Shown: one piece after another, positions 9,831 to 19,250 of the stretch
Layout of the letters: every line of letters begins with the position of its first letter
How positions within the stretch are numbered: position 1 is the stretch's first letter
Source of the DNA: Poseidonia sp.
GTDB lineage: Archaea > Thermoplasmatota > Poseidoniia > Poseidoniales > Poseidoniaceae
Direction of reading: 5' to 3'
NCBI GenBank assembly: GCA_965661285.1
Contig: CBFIDD010000004.1
Coordinates: 32,001 to 96,000, forward strand
DNA: 64,000 nt
Program-made: the position numbers and the translations under genes
The notes under the pieces: model-generated
What the model saw: the letters and a program-made list of their open reading frames with translations, nothing else
What the model was told of the DNA's origin: nothing
Databases searched by the model: none

Positions 9831-11006
9831 ATGCCTGTCGATGCGGAAGAAGCGTTGCGTCGAGCAACCCTCGTCCGCAGCGACCCTTCTCTGCGAGGTG
9901 TCTCGCGATGCAACATCGCAACCGAGGAAGGCGAGGTGCTTTGGGAATACATCGCCCCCGACGGTGAGCCCATCGAAGAGGAAGACCGGGTTCAACGATG
10001 GAACAGTATGGGCCTGCCCCCTGCGTGGGAAGACGTCTGGATTTGCCCCAACCCGCGCGGGCACATCCAGGCCACGGGTCGGGATGTCAAAGGTCGGCTT
10101 CAGTACCGCTATCACCCGGATTGGACGGAGATCACCACGGAAATGAAGTACGATGACGTGGCTTACTTTGCTGCGCAACTTCCTCGGCTTCGCCGTCAGG
10201 TGATTCGCGACATCGATGAGGGCGATATGTCCCTCAACACCGTGGCGGCGCTTGTGGTCCGACTGATGGATTTGTACAACATCCGGGTGGGTTCCGATGA
10301 ATACGCCCGTGCCAACGAATCCTACGGGCTGACAACGCTCAAATCGATGCATGTCAAACACATCAAGGGAGAAGACGCCGAAGGGCGGCACGACGTGGTG
10401 TTTTCGTTTACCGGAAAGTCCGGCAAAGATTGGGACATCACCATCGAGGACGACCATCTCGTTGACCTGATTTTGAAAACCAATCGCCTGGGGGCCAAGG
10501 ACGCTGATTTGTTCATGTACATCTCCGAGGCCGGCAACGAAGTCGACCTCAAAGCCGAGCACATCAATCAGTACATTCGAGATTCAAGCGGCATGGGGTT
10601 CACCGCCAAGAACTTCAGAACCTGGGCCGCTACCTCACGTTGTGCCGAACGGTTGGCCTTCCTTTCCGTTCCCCGAACCGAAGCAGAGATGAAGCGTTGG
10701 AAGCGACGAACACCCAAGGTGGACGCTCTTGAGAAAATCTGGACGGAAGGCGAATGGGCCCCGCCGGAGACCGATACCGCCCGAAACAAAGTGATGTTGG
10801 CCGTCATCGACACCGTCGCATCCGATTTGGGTAATACCCGAACAGTATGCCGTTCTTCCTACATCCACCCTTGGTTTTTGGATGCATGGAGCGAGGGAAG
10901 ACTGGCCGAGGCTTGGGCGGAATTCGCCGAGATGCGCTCCATGGGGAACATGACACCGGGTGAAAGCACGACGTTGCGCATTTTGAAATCCATCGTCAAA
11001 GGATGA
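9831..11006 (+). CDS. DNA topoisomerase IB, short bacterial/poxvirus type
   Basis: [18 protein letters not shown][10 protein letters not shown], [22 protein letters not shown], catalytic Tyr in CRSSYIHP. Confidence 0.93.
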   Translation: MPVDAEEALRRATLVRSDPSLRGVSRCNIATEEGEVLWEYIAPDGEPIEEEDRVQRWNSMGLPPAWEDVWICPNPRGHIQATGRDVKGRLQYRYHPDWTEITTEMKYDDVAYFAAQLPRLRRQVIRDIDEGDMSLNTVAALVVRLMDLYNIRVGSDEYARANESYGLTTLKSMHVKHIKGEDAEGRHDVVFSFTGKSGKDWDITIEDDHLVDLILKTNRLGAKDADLFMYISEAGNEVDLKAEHINQYIRDSSGMGFTAKNFRTWAATSRCAERLAFLSVPRTEAEMKRWKRRTPKVDALEKIWTEGEWAPPETDTARNKVMLAVIDTVASDLGNTRTVCRSSYIHPWFLDAWSEGRLAEAWAEFAEMRSMGNMTPGESTTLRILKSIVKG

Positions 11007-11019
11007 GGTATCTGTCATC

Positions 11020-11043
11020 TCGGCTATATTTATTAAATGCCGA
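11020..11043 (+). promoter_or_regulatory. TATA-like promoter of RHH-fumC, flanked by TCGGC/GCCGA inverted repeat
   Basis: TATATTTATTAAAT (11025-11038) lies about 25-30 nt upstream of ATG 11059, consistent with a leaderless transcript. It has 5-bp inverted arms. Confidence 0.5.
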
Positions 11044-11058
11044 TTGGGGCTTCGTCTC

Positions 11059-12660
11059 ATGGCTAAACATCGCGCCGGCGACCGACGAATCATCAGCATC
11101 AGTATCCCCGAACCTCTCGCAAAAAAACTCGACCGAAAGGTCGGCAAAGGGCGTAAAAACGGCCGCTCTGCGACCATCGCGAAATTGATTGAACAGGGAT
11201 TGAATCAACCTGCTTCTGTTCCGGTTCCAATGACTGCGAGTGAGACCGCCCCCCAAGCGCCCAAAGGCGAGGTGCGCATTGAATCCGATACGATGGGCGA
11301 ACTGGAAGTGCCCGGCGACCGTTATTTTGGGTGCCAGACCGCACGCTCCCTGCTGAACTTTGACATCGGCCACGACACGATGCCCCCCGGCGTCATCCGC
11401 GCCTTTGGTGTTCTCAAGCAAGCAGCGGCCAAAACCAATGTTGCGCTCAAACAACTGGACCCGGAAGTGGGCGACTTGATCATCGCCGCTTCCCAAGAGG
11501 TTCTCGAAGGCCGACTCAACGAACACTTCCCCCTTCGCGTTTGGCAAACAGGAAGCGGGACGCAATCCAACATGAACAGCAACGAGGTCATCGCCAATCG
11601 GGCGATTGAACTGGCCGGCGGCGTCCTCGGTTCGAAAACGCCTGTCCACCCCAACGACCACGTCAACCGGGCCCAATCCTCCAACGACACCTTTCCCACC
11701 GCCATGCACATCGCAGCGGCTGAAGCGTTCACGCACCGGCTGCTCCCGAGCGTCCGAGCGTTGCGCGAGGCCCTTCACGCAAAGGCCGAGGAATGGACCA
11801 GCATCGTCAAAATTGGACGAACGCACCTGATGGACGCCGTTCCGCTGACGCTGGGTCAGGAAGCATCCGGATGGGTGGCTCAACTCGACGCCGACCTCCG
11901 CCGCCTGGACTTCGCACTCGACGACTTGTTTGAACTCGCTCTTGGCGGCACCGCGGTGGGCACCGGCCTCAACGCCCACCCGCTCTTCGCACAGATGGTC
12001 GCCGATGAAATCGCCAACATCACCGGCCTGACCTTCTGTTCTGCTGAAAACAAGTTTGCACAACTGGCCGCTCACGACGCCATCGTCGCTGCCTCGGGAG
12101 CGCTGAACACGCTGGCGGCTTCACTGATGAAAATCGCCAACGACATTCGCTGGCTTGGTTCGGGCCCTCGCTGCGGATTGGGCGAACTCGCCCTGCCGGC
12201 CAACGAGCCTGGTTCCTCCATCATGCCCGGTAAAGTCAACCCGACCCAGTCTGAAGCCATGACCATGGTGTGCTGTCAGGTGATGGGTAACCACACCGCC
12301 ATCACCATTGGCGGCAGTCAAGGCAACTTCGAGCTGAACGTGTTCAAACCGATGATGATTCACAATTTCCTTCATTCCGTTGACCTGCTCACCGACGCCT
12401 GTCGCACCTTCAGAACGCGCTGCGTCGAAGGCCTGGTCGCCGTTGAAGACAACATCCAGTCGCATCTCGAGAACTCGCTGATGCTGGTCACGGCACTCAA
12501 CAATCACATCGGGTACGATAAGGCGGCGAAGATCGCCAAGAACGCGCACGAAAAAGGCACCACATTGCGAGCCTCGGCGTTGGAACTCGGCTACCTGACC
12601 AACGAGGAATTCGATGCTTGGGTTCGCCCAGAAGACATGACCGGGCCAAACCAAAGTTGA
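11059..12660 (+). CDS. fumC: Class II fumarate hydratase with N-terminal ribbon-helix-helix domain
   Basis: [54 protein letters not shown]. Residues ~8-48 have an RHH pattern. Confidence 0.93.
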   Translation: MAKHRAGDRRIISISIPEPLAKKLDRKVGKGRKNGRSATIAKLIEQGLNQPASVPVPMTASETAPQAPKGEVRIESDTMGELEVPGDRYFGCQTARSLLNFDIGHDTMPPGVIRAFGVLKQAAAKTNVALKQLDPEVGDLIIAASQEVLEGRLNEHFPLRVWQTGSGTQSNMNSNEVIANRAIELAGGVLGSKTPVHPNDHVNRAQSSNDTFPTAMHIAAAEAFTHRLLPSVRALREALHAKAEEWTSIVKIGRTHLMDAVPLTLGQEASGWVAQLDADLRRLDFALDDLFELALGGTAVGTGLNAHPLFAQMVADEIANITGLTFCSAENKFAQLAAHDAIVAASGALNTLAASLMKIANDIRWLGSGPRCGLGELALPANEPGSSIMPGKVNPTQSEAMTMVCCQVMGNHTAITIGGSQGNFELNVFKPMMIHNFLHSVDLLTDACRTFRTRCVEGLVAVEDNIQSHLENSLMLVTALNNHIGYDKAAKIAKNAHEKGTTLRASALELGYLTNEEFDAWVRPEDMTGPNQS

Positions 12661-12662
12661 CC

Positions 12663-13736
12663 TCAAGAGCGCCGAAGCGCGCGAAGTTTAGCCTGAAGAG
12701 CCGATGTTCGCTCATCGGCTTCCTCAGAGGGTCCAGCCGAGGTCAAGCGGCGATGGAACATTTCGCGGTCCCACACCACCACGCTCCCGTCCTCACAGCC
12801 AAGCACCATGCGTTCGTTCGTGCCGTGCATCGCGTGAACTTTGGCAAACGAACCAGATGCGAGTTTTCCACCTTTATTGGTCGCCCAGACATTCACGGTG
12901 CTGGTCATACCGTCATCGCGGGCCAACCAAAGAAGGGAGGCCCCGTCGTGGACCATGGCTTCGGTTTGAGTTGAAACAGGTGCACCCTTGGAGGACCAGC
13001 ATCGCTCTCCGTTTTCGGTGCGACCAACCGCCAACCCGTCATCCGTGGTCGCCACGTAGCCTTTGACCATGCACGTCAAATGTTCAACAGCCCCCTCTTC
13101 GGTGGAAAGCACCGCACCGAGATGGTTGGCGACCGTTCCGTCGGTTTGCCCAAACAGGCCTTGTGTCCTCCCAGAAGTCCCGCAGGTGGTGGGGGAAGAA
13201 GTGGGGGGTTTTGTGTGTTCAAACGGTGGTTCGGAGGAAACGTCCAGATGACCGCAACGAGGGCGTCCAAGTCCGGCGAGGAGTTGCTTGTCTGCGACGA
13301 TGAGGGTCCACGGGCGTTCGTCCATCCGTTCGACCCAATGAAGTTCGCCCGCTGAAGAAAATCGCCATATGGCGGACTCGATGAAATCGTTGTGCTCAAT
13401 ATCGTAAACGGAAGAAACGGCCACGAGGTCGCCTTGCCACCACTGCACCTCATCGGCACTCCCTTCAAGCGCTGCAGACCACGCCACTTCGCCCGATGAC
13501 CTCGAGAGCACCACGATGTGCAATCCACTGGCAACCGCCACCATGGTCTCGCTGAGGGCGATGGCGCTGATGCGGTCGTTGGTGGGTGTGGTCCAGAGAT
13601 GATTCCCTTCGCCATCCCAATGGGTCAGTTGTCCGTCCCAACCGCCGGCGAAGACGCCGTGTTGGGGCGTGAGGTGCACCATAGAAACAGGCTGGTCCAA
13701 CGTGCGGACCATCCACGTCGCCGTCTTCAGGTCCAT
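12663..13736 (-). CDS. Beta-propeller (PQQ/WD40-like) protein
   Basis: Repeated G-x-x-x-W motifs (GNHLW, GEVAW, GELHW, GERCW) and LGCEDGSVVVWD. Start placed at MDLKT. Confidence 0.65.
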   Translation of the reverse strand: MDLKTATWMVRTLDQPVSMVHLTPQHGVFAGGWDGQLTHWDGEGNHLWTTPTNDRISAIALSETMVAVASGLHIVVLSRSSGEVAWSAALEGSADEVQWWQGDLVAVSSVYDIEHNDFIESAIWRFSSAGELHWVERMDERPWTLIVADKQLLAGLGRPRCGHLDVSSEPPFEHTKPPTSSPTTCGTSGRTQGLFGQTDGTVANHLGAVLSTEEGAVEHLTCMVKGYVATTDDGLAVGRTENGERCWSSKGAPVSTQTEAMVHDGASLLWLARDDGMTSTVNVWATNKGGKLASGSFAKVHAMHGTNERMVLGCEDGSVVVWDREMFHRRLTSAGPSEEADERTSALQAKLRALRRS

Positions 13737-13850
13737 GGTGGGAGGACACGTCTCACCACCATAAGGAGGACGCTTGACTGTGAGGATGGGGGTCGGGTTT
13801 TGGTGAACAAGCGAGCAAGAACAAAATGCTACCTTTGGGGCCTTTGATGT

Positions 13851-14354
13851 ATGGCTGATGCACCTGCCTTGATTCGCGAACTCCAATCCTCCAACGCCAA
13901 GTACGCTGCTTCGTTTGAGGCCGAAGGGGTGCCTGGGAAGGCGGGTCAACGCTTGTTGTTGCTGACATGCATGGATTCGCGGATTGTACCCCATGCTGTG
14001 TTCGGACTCAAAGAGGGCGACATGAAGGTCATTCGAAACGCTGGCGGCCAACTCAACCCCGAAGTGACCAAAGACATCGTGCTCGCAAGTTACCTGCTGG
14101 ACTGCGAATGCATTGTGATCATGCCCCATACCCGGTGCGCCATGGCCAGCCTGTCCGTTGCCGACGTGCAAGCCACGCTTGGCGAATTGAGCGGCAAGGA
14201 TTTCTCTTCGTTTGAACCGAGCATGATCGAGAACGCCGACCAAAAATTAGCTCACGATGTGGCCACGCTCCAAGCCAACGCAATGTTGAAGACGGGCGTG
14301 ACGGTTCACGGAGCCGTGTACGACGTCGATACGGGCACCGTTCGCTGGGTGTGA
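13851..14354 (+). CDS. Beta-class carbonic anhydrase
   Basis: LTCMDSR, IRNAGG, H-x-x-C (HTRC), GAVYDVDTG. Confidence 0.92.
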   Translation: MADAPALIRELQSSNAKYAASFEAEGVPGKAGQRLLLLTCMDSRIVPHAVFGLKEGDMKVIRNAGGQLNPEVTKDIVLASYLLDCECIVIMPHTRCAMASLSVADVQATLGELSGKDFSSFEPSMIENADQKLAHDVATLQANAMLKTGVTVHGAVYDVDTGTVRWV

Positions 14355-14358
14355 AGGG

Positions 14359-15240
14359 TCACACCAGCGGTATTCGCCGGCGAGGAATGGCGAAGGTGAG
14401 AATGAAGGCGAGGAGCCCGAAAATACAGGCCGTGTAGTAGTGACCCATGGTGAAAAACGCGAGCACCGAGGATGTTCGAAGCAACACCACCGAACCGGAT
14501 TTGAGCGCCCACAGCGCAAAACCGGCGGCGATGAGCGCCACGCCCATGAAGCCGAAACCAACCAAAACGTACCCTGTTGCGGCACTCGGGTCCATCAAAG
14601 GGTGGTCCATTTGTGACGGGGTCCTGTCGATGGTACGGATTTCGCACTCGGGAGCGTCCCCTTCACACGGTTGGTCAGCAAACATCGCAGACGAAGGGAA
14701 GTCGAAGTCGATGGTGGTGAAACCAATCGGTTCGATCAAGGCCGGCGGAGAGAGCAGGACGCGATTGGAAAACACGTCTCGGTGCCCGTCTCTTGCCACG
14801 ATGATGTCGACGCGAATCAGGCCGGGGTCCAGGGATTCGAACGAAAACCGACCGGTGTCGTCCGTTTCATTTTCTTCAGAAACCCACTGCGACGAGGCTT
14901 CGTCAAGCCAGGAAAGGTACACGGTCGCGTTCTCGATGGGTTGTCCATTGTCGTCAACCACCGTTCCCCGGAAGGTTGCGGTATCGTCGGGCGCCGTGAG
15001 CGCCAGCCTGTAGACAAACTCGTCAGGGCGGACCAAACCGTCGTTGGGCGAAGCGTAATCCAAGCCGTTGAGAAACCCCATCATGCACGTGAAAAGCAGG
15101 AAAAGGGCCGTTGCTTTGCCCATCGGATGCAGTTTTGGGTCCTCGATGGTGAGGACGGTGTCGGAGGATGCGAAGAGCATCGGCGTTTCCTCAACCACCT
15201 CATCGAGGTAGGTCGGGTCGTCCTCCTCGACATCCGCCAT
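14359..15240 (-). CDS. Membrane protein with carboxypeptidase-regulatory-like (prealbumin-fold) domain
   Basis: TM helix, then GTVVDDNGQPIENATV...TDDTGRFSFESLDPG, then C-terminal TM helices. Confidence 0.7.
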   Translation of the reverse strand: MADVEEDDPTYLDEVVEETPMLFASSDTVLTIEDPKLHPMGKATALFLLFTCMMGFLNGLDYASPNDGLVRPDEFVYRLALTAPDDTATFRGTVVDDNGQPIENATVYLSWLDEASSQWVSEENETDDTGRFSFESLDPGLIRVDIIVARDGHRDVFSNRVLLSPPALIEPIGFTTIDFDFPSSAMFADQPCEGDAPECEIRTIDRTPSQMDHPLMDPSAATGYVLVGFGFMGVALIAAGFALWALKSGSVVLLRTSSVLAFFTMGHYYTACIFGLLAFILTFAIPRRRIPLV

Positions 15241-15261
15241 GGATACTCTGAAGCGTGCGCC

Positions 15262-16641
15262 CTACTTGATGTCAATGCGGCCTTTCCAACGAGCGAGCAA
15301 CTGGGCCTGCTTTGCGGGCGCCATCCACACCTTCATCGACATAGGACCGCCTTCAGAGCGCTGGTCATCTTCCACCATGCCGTTGGCGTAGATCTCGGCT
15401 ACGATGCGTTCGCTTGCGTCGGGAGAACCGTTCGTTGGGGGTTGGACCTCAACGACCACGGCTTGGCCGAACAAGCGCTCCCGAATCAGATGCTGAAGGG
15501 CTTCAATGCCCTCACCTGTCATGGATGAAACGGGTGCAGGGTCGTCAAAACCGAGGTGGGAAACAAGGTCGACAACGCCCTGAAGTTGTTGGGGCGTCAC
15601 TTTGTCGATTTTGGTCAGCACCACGTGCGGCGGTCGCTGTTCTTCGAGGGGGGCGGGTTCGGTATCTTGGCGCTCGACCACCTCTCGGCGCGTGGTTTCC
15701 AATTTTCGTTTGATTTCAGGGATGGAGTCGGAGGAGTCGAGCAAAATTAGCGTCAAATCGGCATCTATCGCTTCAGCAATAGTTGATTTAAATGCCGATA
15801 GTGTGGCATTTGGTATATTGTCAATAAATCCAATCGTATCCGCCAGAAGAATGCGCGGACTTTTCTCCATCCGGCCCACGGTGGTCTCCAGCGTGGAGAA
15901 CAATTGGTCCTCCACAAGCACGGTTTTCCCTGATAGATGCTGGAAAAGGGAGGATTTTCCCGCGTTGGTGTAGCCCACAAAGCCCACGGTCATTGCGCCG
16001 CTGCGGCTGCGTTGACGTCGATGTTCACGCTGCGCATTGGCGTGTTTTTTCTGTCGGCGGCGGAGATTGGTCAATTCCCTGTTGAGATTGGCGAGCACAC
16101 CTTGCAGGGCCGTGATACCGCCACCACCGTATCCAGCCCGCTCTCCGGTCGTCTGCTGGTTGGCCAGCTCTCTGAGAACGGTTCGGTCGGATTGGAGTTG
16201 GGCGATGCGAACTTGCGTGCGCGCCTCGACCGACGAAGCGTGAGCGGTAAACAGCGCGAGAAGCAGGCGAACCCTGTCCCACACCTCCACTCCGAGTGCT
16301 TGGTTCACGCCGACCAATTGCCGCGGGGTGGCGTTGGTGTGAATGATGACAAGGTCAACACCCTCCCACGGGTGGCCCGTCATGGTGCTGTTTCGCTCGT
16401 CCGCAATGTCCTCAAGTCGGCCTTTTCCAAAGTAGGTCCTCGGGTCAGCGTGCCCGCTTTGCGCCACGGTTTCAACGATGCTGATGCCCATTGTTTCAGC
16501 CAGCGAACGCAGTTCCGTGGTGTCCTCGATGCCGCGCACAAGCAAGAGCGCCCGACGACCTTGGTGGTTGGTGCGGGCCTCGCCCAACACCACACCGCCG
16601 CTTCCGGCGACGACAAAGGGGTCTTCGGGCGGCGGGGCCAT
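15262..16641 (-). CDS. hflX: GTPase HflX
   Basis: TYFGKGR, VWDRVRLLL, VGYTNAGKSS, DQLFSTL, DTIGFI, TKID. Confidence 0.92.
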   Translation of the reverse strand: MAPPPEDPFVVAGSGGVVLGEARTNHQGRRALLLVRGIEDTTELRSLAETMGISIVETVAQSGHADPRTYFGKGRLEDIADERNSTMTGHPWEGVDLVIIHTNATPRQLVGVNQALGVEVWDRVRLLLALFTAHASSVEARTQVRIAQLQSDRTVLRELANQQTTGERAGYGGGGITALQGVLANLNRELTNLRRRQKKHANAQREHRRQRSRSGAMTVGFVGYTNAGKSSLFQHLSGKTVLVEDQLFSTLETTVGRMEKSPRILLADTIGFIDNIPNATLSAFKSTIAEAIDADLTLILLDSSDSIPEIKRKLETTRREVVERQDTEPAPLEEQRPPHVVLTKIDKVTPQQLQGVVDLVSHLGFDDPAPVSSMTGEGIEALQHLIRERLFGQAVVVEVQPPTNGSPDASERIVAEIYANGMVEDDQRSEGGPMSMKVWMAPAKQAQLLARWKGRIDIK

Positions 16642-16690
16642 GCTTTGGTGCGATGGTTAGTCTCATATCAGCCCACCCCAAGGCAACATC

Positions 16691-16918
16691 ATGACCGAAG
16701 CGCACACCATGACGGTTCGCTGGGCCGGTGATGGCGTTCTTGCCAACGCCTTGGCAGCAGCGGCCATGGAACAGGGTCATAAGGCGTTGGTTGCGCAGGA
16801 CGAAGGCAACGCCTCGCTGACGGTTGAAGTCTCTGACAACGACCTGCAAAGCCTACGGGACCGGGTGGATGCGCTTCTCGTCGCCTTCAGTGCTCTTGAA
16901 GAGCAGCACACCGGGTGA
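16691..16918 (+). CDS. Small protein, possibly KEOPS Pcc1-like
   Basis: 75 aa. C-terminal LTVEVSDNDLQSLRDRVDALL resembles the Pcc1 pattern, but similarity is weak. Confidence 0.4.
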   Translation: MTEAHTMTVRWAGDGVLANALAAAAMEQGHKALVAQDEGNASLTVEVSDNDLQSLRDRVDALLVAFSALEEQHTG

Positions 16919-16922
16919 AGGC

Positions 16923-17282
16923 ATGACGAAAACCACGCTCCTCATCGATGCCCATTGCGTGATGTGCAACGGTCTGGCTCGTTTTCTTCGCAAGCGAACC
17001 TCGCCGAAGGCAGCATTGGTCATCGAAGGCATTCAATCCGAAGAAGGGCAGGCGCTCATCTCGACCTTCCCGAAACGAATTCGGGCTATGGACACGCTCT
17101 ACGTGGTTCGAAACGGCAAGGTGCATGTCCGATCCGCAGGAGCGATACGATTGATGTTGTGCATGAAATGGTACTACGCGATGTGGTTTCCCGTTGCTTG
17201 GTTGGTTCCGCTTCCGCTTCGAGACGGCGTCTATTGGGTCGTTTCCAAAATACGACACCGCTTCGGGCGAACCGACGCTTAG
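16923..17282 (+). CDS. DCC1-like thiol-disulfide oxidoreductase (DUF393)
   Basis: N-terminal D-x-x-C-x-x-C (DAHCVMC), IQSEEG, RSAGA, LRDGVY...RHRFG. Confidence 0.88.
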   Translation: MTKTTLLIDAHCVMCNGLARFLRKRTSPKAALVIEGIQSEEGQALISTFPKRIRAMDTLYVVRNGKVHVRSAGAIRLMLCMKWYYAMWFPVAWLVPLPLRDGVYWVVSKIRHRFGRTDA

Positions 17283-18058
17283 AGGTCCAAGTCCAAGACC
17301 ACCGGTGCATGGTCGGATACATCGAGGCCGCCTTGGCGCACGATATGGCAGTCCACAAGGGCCGCCGAGGCAGCGGGATTGAGCAGGAAGTAGTCAATGC
17401 GCCAGCCGCGGTCCTTCGCTCGTGCTTGCCCTCGATTTGACCACCAGGAGTAGATCTTGGCTCCTTCACCCGCACAGGACCTGAAGGCATCGGTCCAGCC
17501 GTCGGCAAGAAGTTCGCTAAACCACGTCCGCTCATGAGGCAAAAAGCCGGAATTTTTTGCGTTCCCTTTTGGGTTCCAAATATCGTCTTCGGTGTGAGCG
17601 ATGTTCAGGTCACCGCACACCACGACGGGCCGCTCGTCGTCCAAATACGGACGAATGAATTGTCGCCATTCCTCCATCCATCCCTCTTTGAATTGTTGTC
17701 GTTCATCTTTGCTCGAGCCGCTTGGCAAATAGGTGTTGATGCACACCACTCCGTTGAATTCACAGGTGAGGACACGCCCTTCGAGGTCGTCGGAATCCAG
17801 GGCACCGCCCTTTCCTTTACCGAGCACTGTATGCGCACCCACCGTACCGGTGGCGACGCCAGAATACCCTTTCTTTTCTGCCGGATGGAGGGTTACGGTC
17901 CAAGCCTCCGGCCACGACCACCCCTTGGGGAGTTGCTCCTCCAACGTTCGGGTTTCCTGCAGCATCATGACGTCAGCGTTTAGATTCTCAAAATAACCGT
18001 CAATGCCCTTGCGAATCGCCGCTCGAAGTCCGTTGACGTTCCACGAAACAAAACGCAT
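17279..18058 (-). CDS. xth: Exodeoxyribonuclease III / AP endonuclease
   Basis: SWNVNGLR, LQET, GYSGVA, GDLNIAH, SGFLPHER, WRIDY, SDHAP. Confidence 0.95.
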   Translation of the reverse strand: MRFVSWNVNGLRAAIRKGIDGYFENLNADVMMLQETRTLEEQLPKGWSWPEAWTVTLHPAEKKGYSGVATGTVGAHTVLGKGKGGALDSDDLEGRVLTCEFNGVVCINTYLPSGSSKDERQQFKEGWMEEWRQFIRPYLDDERPVVVCGDLNIAHTEDDIWNPKGNAKNSGFLPHERTWFSELLADGWTDAFRSCAGEGAKIYSWWSNRGQARAKDRGWRIDYFLLNPAASAALVDCHIVRQGGLDVSDHAPVVLDLDL

Positions 18059-18091
18059 GATGGTCGGTCAACGCCGACGGTGAATAAGGGT

Positions 18092-19177
18092 TCAAGGAAC
18101 ATGTTGTCCGCACAGCTTCCCGGTTGCTGCAGCTGCATCGGCGAGTTCGTATTCACTCTCGACCCATTCGCCCGCCAGCAGGATGTTATGCTCGGCGTAA
18201 TGGTCGAAACGGGGTTTGGTTCCCTCCGTTTGGACCGTGATGCTCGTCTGTTTGCGCTGATGGACGACGTGGCGCTGCCAGCCTGTTGCCGTGCGTTCAA
18301 GGAAGGCGTCAAGGCGAGACATTCTCGCGTCGCTGGATTCGTCCGGGCGTTCGACCATCACCGCTGATAACAACGCACCGTCGAGATTCAGCCGCGGTTG
18401 GATGTTGGCGAGGTCGACGATGTAGGCGCCCTCGCGAGCATCGATGATGCCGTGTTTTTCGCCCAGAGGACGAGCGGTGAGAAGGGCATCCAAGGTGCTC
18501 GCCCGAACCGGTTTGACGCCCTGAAGCGCTTCGTCATCAATCGGTTTGAGCAGACGAAGGGCTTGGGAGGCCCCGGTTGCCAACACCACCGTATCGCTTT
18601 GGAACGCCCGCCCATCCTCGAGGACAACACGCCCACGTTCAACGGAAGCCACCGTGCAGTTGGCCTCGATCAACACGCCCACCTCATCCAGCGCAGCCGC
18701 CATGCGTCCAACCAAACCCGCCCAGCCTTCGCCGATGACCGCAAGACGTTGTTTCTGAAGCGCCGTGTAGCGTGCTGCGAAACGAAGCACCCCCGAACCC
18801 GCCAACAAGGCCGCTGCACGAGCCGCTTCGGAGGTTGAGTCCCCACGACGCAATTCCCTGCGGAGTTGAGCAGCGAGGCGCACGTTGTTTCGCGGGCGAA
18901 GCGGGCCGACGGACGTCGCGTGGAGCCGGTCGAGACGCGGGGCGGCAAGGACAAGCGGAAGGCGACTGATTTTCTTGATGACCTTCATCAGGGGCCCCCG
19001 GCGATGAAGAAGGTGCAAACCGTAGCCAAAGGGAGCGCCCTCGACGGTCTGTGAGGTTCCGCGTCCGCCGAGGCGGTCGGTACGGTCCAACACCACGACA
19101 TGGTGGCCCGCTGTGACCGCATAAAGCGCGGTCGTCAGGCCAGCGATGCCTGCCCCGACCACCGTAACACGTGCCAT
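18092..19177 (-). CDS. FAD-dependent oxidoreductase (amine oxidase/phytoene desaturase-like)
   Basis: N-terminal VVGAGIAGL...DRLGGR and C-terminal LAGEWV. Confidence 0.8.
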   Translation of the reverse strand: MARVTVVGAGIAGLTTALYAVTAGHHVVVLDRTDRLGGRGTSQTVEGAPFGYGLHLLHRRGPLMKVIKKISRLPLVLAAPRLDRLHATSVGPLRPRNNVRLAAQLRRELRRGDSTSEAARAAALLAGSGVLRFAARYTALQKQRLAVIGEGWAGLVGRMAAALDEVGVLIEANCTVASVERGRVVLEDGRAFQSDTVVLATGASQALRLLKPIDDEALQGVKPVRASTLDALLTARPLGEKHGIIDAREGAYIVDLANIQPRLNLDGALLSAVMVERPDESSDARMSRLDAFLERTATGWQRHVVHQRKQTSITVQTEGTKPRFDHYAEHNILLAGEWVESEYELADAAAATGKLCGQHVP

Positions 19178-19250
19178 GGTCTCCGTAAGAGGTGGGCATC
19201 AAAAGGTCTTGGAGGGGTGCTTTCAAGAGGTCGTCCACACTCCACTCAAC

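Noticed and set aside
9831-11006. TopIB ORF as a tyrosine recombinase/integrase marking a mobile element
   Set aside because: The N-terminal [16 protein letters not shown] domain is specific to TopIB, and there are no att sites or cargo genes.
13737-14243. Long N-terminal extensions in the ORF track (12663..14243, 8041.., 22422.., 53817..55436, 56688..57047)
   Set aside because: They overlap neighbouring genes or a tRNA, and downstream ATGs match family starts. The fumC extension was kept because it overlaps nothing, has a promoter and shows a domain pattern.
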